From positions 521 through 64,520 of the forward strand of contig JBJKXR010000036.1 of assembly GCA_045561495.1 (NCBI GenBank): a DNA stretch of 64,000 bases, given 5' to 3'. Below the pieces are notes generated by a model. It did no database searches. It worked only from the letters and a program-made list of their open reading frames with translations, and was not told the origin of the DNA. This document shows, in pieces, positions 29,259-38,586 of the stretch. The DNA is from Flavobacteriales bacterium. GTDB lineage: Bacteria > Bacteroidota > Bacteroidia > Flavobacteriales_C > GCA-002722245. Position 1 is the first letter of the stretch; the number at the start of each line of letters is the position of its first letter. Made by a program: the position numbers and the translations under genes.

Positions 29259-30245
29259 ATGAGGCTTAATCAATTGGCTAAAAAAGTTGGAAAACCCTAC
29301 ACAAGAGTTGAAAAATACATTCGAAAAGATTTAAAAATAGAAGGTATTGAAGGGCCAAATTCAAGGGTTGAAGAAGAAATTGTAAATAAAGTTATTTCCA
29401 AGTTTGGATTGTATTCTGAAGAAGTAAAACAGAAACCTAAAGTAAAATTAGAAACCATCGAGGCAAAGCCTGCTGAGATATCTCCAGAGGATCGAGGTTT
29501 AGAAGATGTTGAATTGGATTTAGCAACTCCTGCAGAATCTGTTGTTCCAAATTTAGAAGGATTAGGTGAAGAAAATATTCAAGAATCTAATAATCAAGAA
29601 ATCGATGAGGTTGATGCTGAAACCCATGAGGATAATGATTCCATTGATACGGAAGTAGATTCAAGTACTATTTCTGAAAATAAGGAATCTGGCGAAAGGG
29701 TTATTTCAGAAACGTTAGAAACCGATGAAACCGTTTTACATATTGATACAGAAGGCACCATTGTAGCTCCTAAGGTAGAATTGGAAGGGATTAAGGTTCG
29801 TGGTAAAATTGAAATTCCAGGCGTTACGGATCAACCTGAAGAAACTGTTGAGGAAAATAAATTAACGCCAGAGGAAATAGCTCAATTAGAGTCAGAGAAG
29901 TTAGCAAGTATAAAAGCCAAAGAATCGGCAGAAGAGGCTAGAAGAAAAAAAATAGACCAAGATGCAGCAAAAGCACTTGCTTTTAAAGAAAAAAGAGAAA
30001 AAGAAGAGCAAGAGGCATTAAAGTCGAAAATAGAGGAGCAAAAAGAAAGGAAAAAAGAAGCCGGTAAAAAGCATTATTTAAATAATGTTCAGCAGCCTCC
30101 TAAAGTGCAGAAAAATAAGAAAAAGAAAATTGTAAAATTAGAACAAGAGGCAGAAAAGAATAAAGCTTTTGAAACAAAAGAAAAATATGTAAGTACAGAT
30201 AATATAACCACTTGGCAAAAGATAGTGAGGTGGTTTAATACCTGA
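29259..30245 (+). CDS. hypothetical Glu/Lys-rich protein with IF2_N-like N-terminal helix-turn-helix segment
   Basis: N-terminus LNQLAKKVGKPYTRVEKYIRK resembles IF2_N-type motif. Remainder is an acidic/basic low-complexity coiled-coil. Strong terminator follows. Confidence 0.4.
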   Translation: MRLNQLAKKVGKPYTRVEKYIRKDLKIEGIEGPNSRVEEEIVNKVISKFGLYSEEVKQKPKVKLETIEAKPAEISPEDRGLEDVELDLATPAESVVPNLEGLGEENIQESNNQEIDEVDAETHEDNDSIDTEVDSSTISENKESGERVISETLETDETVLHIDTEGTIVAPKVELEGIKVRGKIEIPGVTDQPEETVEENKLTPEEIAQLESEKLASIKAKESAEEARRKKIDQDAAKALAFKEKREKEEQEALKSKIEEQKERKKEAGKKHYLNNVQQPPKVQKNKKKKIVKLEQEAEKNKAFETKEKYVSTDNITTWQKIVRWFNT

Positions 30246-30267
30246 AACGAAAAAAAGTAAAATTCTA

Positions 30268-30293
30268 GGGCAGGTATTTCCTGCCCTTTTTTT
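30268..30293 (+). terminator. rho-independent terminator
   Basis: GGGCAGG-tattt-CCTGCCC hairpin followed by T7. Confidence 0.8.
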
Positions 30294-30334
30294 GTGCGGT
30301 AAACTGCGATTTAGACCTTAAATGAGGAGTAAAA

Positions 30335-31747
30335 ATGAAATATTTAGTTGTATTATTTCTTGTTTTAAAACAGCTGTCATATGCACAGGAATTTACGATT
30401 AAAAATAATGGCAATTATTATAAAATTCATGAGATTTTAAGTCAATATATTCAACAAAAGTCTATTTCTGGAAATGAAAAAACTGCTGGTGAATGGTTGA
30501 AAAAGTTATGCAAACAAAATGACCTTTATATTACCCAGATGGGCAAAGAAAATGGTAATTATAATTTTTCTGCCTCTATCCGTCCTTTGAGCCAATATTT
30601 GCCTAATATTATTTTTTTAAACCATATTGATGTTGTACCTGTTGGCGATTCCTCTAAATGGAATTATCCACCTTTTTCAGGAATGATTATGGAAGGTAAA
30701 GTATGGGGCAGAGGCGCTTTTGATAATAAGGGAGCAGCTATGGTGCAATTAGCATCTGTGATTCAAGCTGTTCGAGAGTATAAAAATAAAGACCTTCCTT
30801 TTAATGTTACCTTTTTAGCTGTTTCTTGTGAAGAAACCCAATGTAAAGGAGGAGTCAGTTATGTTATTGAGAACCATTTGAAAGATTTGAATCCTGCAGT
30901 GGTAATAGGAGAGGGTCCACCAGGTTTAAAAGGTATATTGGAAACCGATACTAGCCTAACTTTATTTGGCATTTCTGTAGCGCATAAGCGACCCTTTTGG
31001 TTGAAATTAGAATTGGAATTACCAACTTCGGGCCATGGTTCTGTGACGCCTTTATCATATTCAAATAAAGGAATGGTTATCGCTCTCAGTAAAGTTGTGT
31101 CCGAAGATCAACCTATTGAGTTCATAGAGGCAAATACTCAGTTACTAAAGGCACTTGGGAAGTTGGAAAATGGCATCAAATCTTCCGCATTAAAACATCC
31201 GCACACATTTAAAGGTTTATTGGTTCCAAAACTTAGGGAACGTCCTGAAGTATTTTCTTTAATGTCTAATACCGTTACATTAACAAGTTTGCAGAGTGAA
31301 ACCAATACGGTTAATTTAATTCCAAGTAAAACTACAGCATTATTGGATTGCAGGTTATTGCCAAATACAAACCGAAACGAATTTTTAAACAATTTTAAAA
31401 AGAGTTTGGATAACGACTCTATAAAGGTGAGTGTTATTTATGAAACTCCCCCTATGCAACCCTCAAGTGATACCACTAATTTTTATAAAGCAATTCATCA
31501 AGCAATTCATACAAATTATCCTGATGCGGAGATTATACCGGTTATGATGCCCAGTTTTAATGATGTTGGTTTGTTTCGTTCAAAGGGAGTTACTTGTTAC
31601 TCTTCTTTTCCTATCTTGCTCGATTCTTACCATATTAATTCTATAAAGCATATTCATAATTACGATGAGTTTATTCCTGTAAAGCACTTGGAAAGTGGTA
31701 AAAATACATATGACGAATTTGTAAGAATTCTTATGAAAGTGAATTAA
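30335..31747 (+). CDS. secreted M20 family metallopeptidase/amidohydrolase
   Basis: Signal peptide. M20 motifs HIDVVPVG, GRGAFDNKG, CEE(T) catalytic Glu region. Confidence 0.7.
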   Translation: MKYLVVLFLVLKQLSYAQEFTIKNNGNYYKIHEILSQYIQQKSISGNEKTAGEWLKKLCKQNDLYITQMGKENGNYNFSASIRPLSQYLPNIIFLNHIDVVPVGDSSKWNYPPFSGMIMEGKVWGRGAFDNKGAAMVQLASVIQAVREYKNKDLPFNVTFLAVSCEETQCKGGVSYVIENHLKDLNPAVVIGEGPPGLKGILETDTSLTLFGISVAHKRPFWLKLELELPTSGHGSVTPLSYSNKGMVIALSKVVSEDQPIEFIEANTQLLKALGKLENGIKSSALKHPHTFKGLLVPKLRERPEVFSLMSNTVTLTSLQSETNTVNLIPSKTTALLDCRLLPNTNRNEFLNNFKKSLDNDSIKVSVIYETPPMQPSSDTTNFYKAIHQAIHTNYPDAEIIPVMMPSFNDVGLFRSKGVTCYSSFPILLDSYHINSIKHIHNYDEFIPVKHLESGKNTYDEFVRILMKVN

Positions 31748-32967
31748 TTAGCTCCCAAAGCTTCCGCTACAACAAAGTTACTTCCTCCTATGAAAATTAA
31801 ATCCTTAAGGTCAGCCTGTTCTATTGCCTTTGCTTTGGCTTCTAAAACAGAAGCATGAGTTTTACCCCTAAGTTTTAAATCAAATGCATTGGTTTCCAAC
31901 TCGCTTATTGTCAAAGCACGTTCTATTTTAGGCGAACACCAATAGTATTTTGCGTTTTTAGGCAAAAGCTTTAAAATTTCAGTAACATCCTTATCGTTTA
32001 CCATACCCCAGACAATATGAAGGTTTTCGAATCTTTCATCGGCTAATTGTTGAACAATTAATTTAATGCCATCCTCATTGTGTCCTGTATCACAAATTAC
32101 TTTTGGATTTTCCTGGAGAGTATTCCATCGTCCAATAAGACCTGTGTTTTTTATTGTTTTGTTAAACCCATTTTTTATGGCATTTTCTTCTATTTCCCAA
32201 CCTTCATTTTGAAGCTTTTTGATAGTAGTTAAGACAGTTTTAGAATTCTCCTTCTGGCAATATCCTTTTAAGTCTAGTTCGTAATTTACATCTGTGTTTT
32301 CAGAATAAATTACTTCAGCGTTGTTTTGATGGGCCACAAAATCAAAAACGGAAACTGTTTCGCCTTGCTTCTTACCAATCACTACTGGGACTCCAGGTTT
32401 AATAATGCCCGCTTTTTCACCAGCAATTTCGGTGAGTGTTTCACCCAGAAATTTTTGGTGATCCAAACCTATATTCGTAATCACAGAAATTTCGGGAGTG
32501 ATGATGTTGGAGCAATCTAATCTTCCTCCTAAACCTGTTTCAATAACTGCAACATCAACGTGTTGGTTGGCAAAATGTTCAAATGCCATTATGGTGGTGT
32601 ATTCAAAAAAAGAAGGTTGAATTGAATTCGCTTTATTTTTGAATCTATCAACAAAATCAATGACATTTTGCTCTGTTATTTCAGTCCCATTAATTTTTAT
32701 TCTTTCTCTGAAGTCCTTTAAGTGAGGCGAAGTGAAAAGTCCAACTTTATAGCCTGATTCTTGTAAAATAGAAGCTAGCATATGAGAACAAGACCCTTTA
32801 CCGTTGGTTCCAGCTATGTGTATTGATTTAAATTTTTCATGTGGATTATTCACTAATTTACTCAGTTTTAAAATCCTTTCTAAACCTGGTTTAAAAGCAC
32901 TTTCTCCTTTTTTTTGGTAAGAAGGGAATTGAGTAAATAAAAAATCAATTGTTTTTTGATAATTCAA
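31744..32967 (-). CDS. folC: bifunctional folylpolyglutamate synthase/dihydrofolate synthase
   Basis: Mur ligase family. P-loop HIAGTNGKGS. 4-bp overlap with upstream gene. Confidence 0.9.
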   Translation of the reverse strand: MNYQKTIDFLFTQFPSYQKKGESAFKPGLERILKLSKLVNNPHEKFKSIHIAGTNGKGSCSHMLASILQESGYKVGLFTSPHLKDFRERIKINGTEITEQNVIDFVDRFKNKANSIQPSFFEYTTIMAFEHFANQHVDVAVIETGLGGRLDCSNIITPEISVITNIGLDHQKFLGETLTEIAGEKAGIIKPGVPVVIGKKQGETVSVFDFVAHQNNAEVIYSENTDVNYELDLKGYCQKENSKTVLTTIKKLQNEGWEIEENAIKNGFNKTIKNTGLIGRWNTLQENPKVICDTGHNEDGIKLIVQQLADERFENLHIVWGMVNDKDVTEILKLLPKNAKYYWCSPKIERALTISELETNAFDLKLRGKTHASVLEAKAKAIEQADLKDLIFIGGSNFVVAEALGAN

Positions 32968-33773
32968 AATACATGTGTTTTTAAGTATTCTAATACATGT
33001 GGTCTAAACAAATCATGCCCTGCTTTTATAATATGAAGTTTAACATTTGGACCTACAAAATCTGCAAAATCTTTTACCATCCTAGGGGCTACAACAGGGT
33101 CTTTGTGTCCAACCACTAAATCAACTTTTAAATTATTTTGGTTGATAATATTTTTTAATTTTGACTGCTTAAATGTAATGAATCTATACAATTGCCAAAC
33201 CCTATAAATTCTGAGTCGCATTCCTTTAGTTTGAAGATTGGTTTCCAGAAATTTATTCATAGTATTGGGAAGTAAATTCAATCTTTGACCAGTATTGCTT
33301 ATTCCATAAACAATTCCTGGATTAGAAATAGTCAAACCATAAATTCCCTTTCCTGCTAATGTGGAAGTCACCAACCAGTTCCAAAAGTTTATTTTTAAAC
33401 CATCTGGAGCAAATAAATATAAGTGATTAATTCGTTGACCAAATTGTTCCAAAAGGAATAAAGCAACCCTTCCGCCCATTGAGTAACCCAATACCTCAAA
33501 TTTTTCAATATTAAGTTCTTTTAAAAAGCACTCAAAAATTTCTTTAAGTTGTGGTTTCGAAAAACTTTTCCACTGCTTACTTCTAAATGTTGTTTTACCA
33601 TGGTAAAATAAATCTACAGCATATATAGTATATTTTTCTCTGCAAAATTCCTCAAAAAGAAGATAATCTTCAGAACTCTTTGTAAAGCCATGAAAGGCAA
33701 TAAGAATTCGGTTTCCGGAACCAATCTTCCTGTAAAACAGATTTATATCTTTATGTTGAAAAAAATATTCCAA
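32964..33773 (-). CDS. alpha/beta hydrolase
   Basis: Nucleophile elbow GYSMGG; catalytic His near C-terminus. Confidence 0.65.
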   Translation of the reverse strand: MEYFFQHKDINLFYRKIGSGNRILIAFHGFTKSSEDYLLFEEFCREKYTIYAVDLFYHGKTTFRSKQWKSFSKPQLKEIFECFLKELNIEKFEVLGYSMGGRVALFLLEQFGQRINHLYLFAPDGLKINFWNWLVTSTLAGKGIYGLTISNPGIVYGISNTGQRLNLLPNTMNKFLETNLQTKGMRLRIYRVWQLYRFITFKQSKLKNIINQNNLKVDLVVGHKDPVVAPRMVKDFADFVGPNVKLHIIKAGHDLFRPHVLEYLKTHVF

Positions 33774-33868
33774 TTGTTAACTTCTTCTTATACAAATTTC
33801 GGTGTTTTATTTGTAATTTTGCGCCTAATTTGACTAATGGTTTTTAAAACCAGTTTAAAAAGTAAAAA

Positions 33869-36685
33869 ATGCCAAAAGATTCTTCTATTAAGTCCGTACT
33901 TATTTTAGGTTCAGGACCCATCGTTATCGGACAAGCTTGTGAATTTGATTATGCAGGATCTCAATCTGCTCGCTCTCTTAGAGAGGAGGGAATTGAGGTT
34001 ACTCTAATTAATTCAAATCCAGCGACCATCATGACTGATCCTGTAATGGCCGATCATGTTTATTTAAAACCCTTAACCTCTGAGTCCGTTCGGGAAATTC
34101 TTGAAGAAAGAAATATTGATGCTGTTCTTCCAACTATGGGGGGCCAAACAGCACTTAACCTTTGCATTGAGTGCGATAAAGATGGACTTTGGGATGAGTT
34201 TAATGTCAAAACAATAGGAGTTGATTTAGAGGCTGTTGAAATTACAGAAAATCGCGATCGTTTTAGGGAGCTGATGGATCAGATAGGTATTGGCCAAGCT
34301 CCTTCGAAAAGCGTTAAATCTTATTTAGAAGGAAAAGAATTTGCGCAGGAAATTGGTTTTCCATTGGTAATTCGTCCTTCATACACATTAGGGGGTACAG
34401 GAGCTGCTTTTGTTCATAAGAAAGAAGATTTTGATACATTACTTAAGAGAGGTTTGCATGCTTCTCCAATACATGAGGTTTTAATTGATAAAGCAGTATT
34501 GGGTTGGAAGGAATATGAACTTGAGTTGCTTCGAGATAAAAATGATAACGTTGCAATTATATGTTCTATTGAGAATATGGATCCAATGGGAATTCATACT
34601 GGAGACTCCATTACTGTTGCTCCTGCAATGACGCTATCGGATACATGTTATCAAAGAATGCGAGATCAAGCTATAAAAATGATGCGTTCTATTGGTAATT
34701 TTGCGGGCGGTTGTAATGTTCAGTTTGCAGTTTCAAATGATGAAAATGAGGATATTATTGCAATTGAAATTAACCCTCGTGTTTCTCGTTCATCTGCATT
34801 GGCATCCAAAGCAACAGGTTATCCAATTGCAAAAGTAGCTACTAAATTGGCCATAGGGTATACTTTAGACGAGTTATTTAATCAAATTACACAGTCTACT
34901 TCTGCCTATTTCGAGCCTAGTTTAGATTATGTAATAGTTAAAATTCCACGTTGGAACTTTAATAAATTCAAAGGCTGTGATAAAGAATTAGGACTTCAAA
35001 TGAAATCGGTAGGTGAGGTAATGGGGATTGGCCGTACGTTTCAGGAAGCATTACAAAAGGCCTGTCAATCTCTGGAAATCGGACGAAACGGTTTAGGAGC
35101 TGATGGAAAAGAATTGAGAGATCAAGATGCTATACTAGCAAGCTTAAGAAAACCATCATGGGATCGTTTGTTTCATTTATATGATGGAATTAAACTAGGT
35201 TTGCCACTAAGCAAAGTTTATGAAGCAACTAAAATTGATTTTTGGTTCTTAAAGCAAATTGAAGAGTTAATAGCTCTAGAGCGAGAAATATCTAAATATC
35301 AAATTCAAAACTTGCCTAAGGACTTGTTATTAGAAGCAAAGCAAAAAGGGTATGGTGACCGTCAAATTGCTCATCTGGTTGGATGTTGGGAGAGCCAGAT
35401 TCATGAAGCCAGAAAAGAGCATAACATCAATAGAGTTTATAAATTAGTTGATACCTGTGCTGCTGAGTTTGAGGCACAAACCCCATACTATTATTCAACA
35501 TTTGAAGAAGAGAACGAGAGTGTCAAAACGGATAAGAAGAAAATAATTGTACTAGGTGCTGGACCAAACAGAATAGGACAGGGAATTGAATTTGATTATT
35601 CTTGTGTTCATGGGGTTTTAGCAGGGAAAGAATGTGGTTATGAAACCATTATGATTAACTGTAATCCCGAAACAGTATCTACTGATTTTGACACTGCTGA
35701 TAAATTATACTTTGAACCTGTGTTTTGGGAGCATATTTATGATATTATTCAGCATGAGCAGCCAGAGGGAGTTATCGTTCAGTTGGGTGGTCAAACAGCG
35801 CTTAAATTGGCTGAAAAATTAGATAAATATGGAATTCCAATTTTAGGAACCTCCTACCAGGCTCTTGATTTAGCAGAGGATAGAGGTAGTTTCTCAACCT
35901 TGCTAAAAGAAAACGATGTTTTATACCCTAAGTTTGGTGTTGTTGAAACAGCGGATGAAGCGTTGGAATTGTCTAAGCAATTAACATTTCCATTATTAGT
36001 TCGCCCTTCTTATGTTTTAGGAGGTCAAGGAATGAAAATTGTTATCAATGAAGAGGAATTGGAACATCATGTTGTAGAATTGTTGAAAGATATACCAGGC
36101 AATAAAATTCTTTTAGACCATTATTTGGATGGTGCTATTGAGGCTGAAGCTGATGCAATTTGCGATGGAGAAGATGTTTATGTAATTGGTATAATGCAAC
36201 ACATAGAGCCTGCTGGAATTCATTCAGGTGATTCTTATGCAGTACTACCTCCATATAATTTAGGAGATTTAATTATTGAGCAAATTGAAGAAATCACGCA
36301 CAAAATTGCATTGGCGCTAAAAACAAAAGGACTGATTAACATGCAATTTGCTATTAAAGATGATAAGGTATACGTTATAGAGGCAAATCCAAGAGCTTCT
36401 AGAACTGTTCCTTTCATTGCAAAAGCATACCAAGAACCTTATGTGAATTATGCTGCAAAAGTAATGTTAGGGGCAAAAAAGGTTAAAGATTTTAAATTCA
36501 ATCCAGTAAAGAAAGGATATGCCATAAAAGAGCCTGTGTTCTCCTTCTCTAAATTTCCTAACGTAAATAAAGAGTTGGGTCCTGAAATGAAATCTACTGG
36601 AGAGTCAATTTATTTTATTGATGATTTAAAAGACCCATACTTCAAAAAGGTATATAGTGAGAGAAACTTGTACTTAAGTAGATAA
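33869..36685 (+). CDS. carB: carbamoyl-phosphate synthase large subunit
   Basis: Two ATP-grasp halves. Highly conserved CPSase L-chain sequence throughout. Confidence 0.95.
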   Translation: MPKDSSIKSVLILGSGPIVIGQACEFDYAGSQSARSLREEGIEVTLINSNPATIMTDPVMADHVYLKPLTSESVREILEERNIDAVLPTMGGQTALNLCIECDKDGLWDEFNVKTIGVDLEAVEITENRDRFRELMDQIGIGQAPSKSVKSYLEGKEFAQEIGFPLVIRPSYTLGGTGAAFVHKKEDFDTLLKRGLHASPIHEVLIDKAVLGWKEYELELLRDKNDNVAIICSIENMDPMGIHTGDSITVAPAMTLSDTCYQRMRDQAIKMMRSIGNFAGGCNVQFAVSNDENEDIIAIEINPRVSRSSALASKATGYPIAKVATKLAIGYTLDELFNQITQSTSAYFEPSLDYVIVKIPRWNFNKFKGCDKELGLQMKSVGEVMGIGRTFQEALQKACQSLEIGRNGLGADGKELRDQDAILASLRKPSWDRLFHLYDGIKLGLPLSKVYEATKIDFWFLKQIEELIALEREISKYQIQNLPKDLLLEAKQKGYGDRQIAHLVGCWESQIHEARKEHNINRVYKLVDTCAAEFEAQTPYYYSTFEEENESVKTDKKKIIVLGAGPNRIGQGIEFDYSCVHGVLAGKECGYETIMINCNPETVSTDFDTADKLYFEPVFWEHIYDIIQHEQPEGVIVQLGGQTALKLAEKLDKYGIPILGTSYQALDLAEDRGSFSTLLKENDVLYPKFGVVETADEALELSKQLTFPLLVRPSYVLGGQGMKIVINEEELEHHVVELLKDIPGNKILLDHYLDGAIEAEADAICDGEDVYVIGIMQHIEPAGIHSGDSYAVLPPYNLGDLIIEQIEEITHKIALALKTKGLINMQFAIKDDKVYVIEANPRASRTVPFIAKAYQEPYVNYAAKVMLGAKKVKDFKFNPVKKGYAIKEPVFSFSKFPNVNKELGPEMKSTGESIYFIDDLKDPYFKKVYSERNLYLSR

Positions 36686-36755
36686 AAAATGTTAATGTTT
36701 TAATTTGAAAAGCGGTTGGATAAAGTCTCTAATCGCTTTTTTATATATTTAACCT

Positions 36756-37013
36756 ATGATTGAACTTGGTTATGTTGGTGTTCTTAGGACGATTATAATT
36801 ATAGTCTTAGTTTATTATGTTGTTCGTTTTTTGTTGCGATGGTGGGTTAAGATAAAGGTTGCTGATATACATAAGCGTCAGCAAAATTCTGTTTCAGAAG
36901 AAGAGGCTGACTTTAAGCGCAATGAAAAGGGAAAAGTGCATATTAAACAAACTAAATCATCAGGGCGTGAATCATCAAGTGGAGACTATATTGATTATGA
37001 AGAGGTTGACTAA
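36756..37013 (+). CDS. small membrane protein (DUF4834-like)
   Basis: One TM followed by a charged tail. Common small gene in Bacteroidota. Confidence 0.35.
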   Translation: MIELGYVGVLRTIIIIVLVYYVVRFLLRWWVKIKVADIHKRQQNSVSEEEADFKRNEKGKVHIKQTKSSGRESSSGDYIDYEEVD

Positions 37014-37033
37014 CATTTATTCCTAAATGTCAT

Positions 37034-38521
37034 TTGATGGGTATAATCATTAAACAGGGCTTAAAAACATCTATAGCATCTTATCTTGGATTTGCAGTTG
37101 GAGCTTTTAATAATATATATCTGTTTCCAAAATTTATTGGGCCTGAAGGTATTGGATTATTAAATCTAATTAACGCTTCGGCGTTGCTTTTTCTCCCCGT
37201 CTTAAATTTAGGATTTGTCACTTCTATATCTAAGTTTTATCCAAAGTTTAGAGACAAACCATACTTTACTTCATTTCTTGGTTATGCGTTAGTTTTACCT
37301 CTTATCTCATTTCTGATATTTGTTTTTGTTTGGCCGTTTACTCAAGGAATCTTTGAATTCATTTTTAAGTCTAAGTCACAAATTGTTTTTGAAAATATTT
37401 TTTGGGTACTTCCCTTAATTGGCTTACTATTAGTTTTTGGATTGTTTGAGGCTTTTTCGAGAGCTAATTATAAGGTAGCAATCCCCAATCTAATAAGGAG
37501 TGTGTATTGGCGAGTTTTGATGGGTATAATTGTTGTTTTAATCGCTTCAGGATTTATTCGTTATGACTACTTAGTACCTTTATTGGTCTTTTCATGGTTT
37601 GTTATGCTTGTTTTTTTAATCATTTATACGTTAAAAGTAACCCGGTTAAAATTCAGTTTAAACGCTTCTTTTAGGCATTCTCAGGAAATTAGAAAATTTA
37701 ACTCATTCTCTGGATATGTTATTTTGTTGGCTACGGGTGGGGTTTTAATTCAAAAAATAGATCAATTAATGGTTGGTGGATATTTAGGTACAGAATCTGC
37801 AGGTGTGCTAACTCTTTCAATGTACTTTGCAACTTTAATTGAAATTCCTCGCCGTTCAATAATGCAAATTATTCAGCCTGTTCTTGCTGATTCATTTCAT
37901 CAAAATGACATGAAAAATGTTGATGAAATGTATAAAAAATCATCTCTTAATTTATTTTTGATAGGAGGTGTTTTATTCTTACTTGTTTGGATAAATGTAT
38001 TTGATATATATGAAATTATCCCAAGAAAAGAAGAGTTTAAAGGCGGCATATATGTTGTTTTCTTTTATGGATTAGCCAGAGTTATAGATATGGGTATGGG
38101 GTGTAATAATGAAATATTAGTATATTCAAAACATTACAAGGCTAATTTGCCAATGCAGCTGGCTCTTGTTGCGATAGTTGTAGTAACCAATTGGGCTCTT
38201 ATTCCCCGATTTGACATAACAGGAGCTGCTTTGGCAACATGTATATCAGTTTTTACTTACAACATAATTAGATTTGTATATCTATGGAAAAAAATTGGAA
38301 TGCAACCTTTTTCTAAATCTACACTTCAAATTTTATTTATTTTAAGTATTGCGTTTATTATTGGTTTAAATATTAATTTCGGTTTCCATCCTATATTGAA
38401 TATTATTCTTCGATCCTCAATAATTATTTTTCCTTTAGTAGCATTACTTTATTTCCTTAAAATTTCAAAAGACATAAATAGACTGCTCGATAAGGTTTTC
38501 AAACAAATATTTATTAATTAA
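37034..38521 (+). CDS. oligosaccharide flippase (Wzx/MOP superfamily) polysaccharide biosynthesis protein
   Basis: ~12-14 TM, 495 aa, typical Wzx-like. Confidence 0.65.
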   Translation: MMGIIIKQGLKTSIASYLGFAVGAFNNIYLFPKFIGPEGIGLLNLINASALLFLPVLNLGFVTSISKFYPKFRDKPYFTSFLGYALVLPLISFLIFVFVWPFTQGIFEFIFKSKSQIVFENIFWVLPLIGLLLVFGLFEAFSRANYKVAIPNLIRSVYWRVLMGIIVVLIASGFIRYDYLVPLLVFSWFVMLVFLIIYTLKVTRLKFSLNASFRHSQEIRKFNSFSGYVILLATGGVLIQKIDQLMVGGYLGTESAGVLTLSMYFATLIEIPRRSIMQIIQPVLADSFHQNDMKNVDEMYKKSSLNLFLIGGVLFLLVWINVFDIYEIIPRKEEFKGGIYVVFFYGLARVIDMGMGCNNEILVYSKHYKANLPMQLALVAIVVVTNWALIPRFDITGAALATCISVFTYNIIRFVYLWKKIGMQPFSKSTLQILFILSIAFIIGLNINFGFHPILNIILRSSIIIFPLVALLYFLKISKDINRLLDKVFKQIFIN

Positions 38522-38586
38522 ATCGGTAGTATATTTATGTTCATTTTACAAATGCTTTTCATTTTTAAAAATATACCAAATAAACT

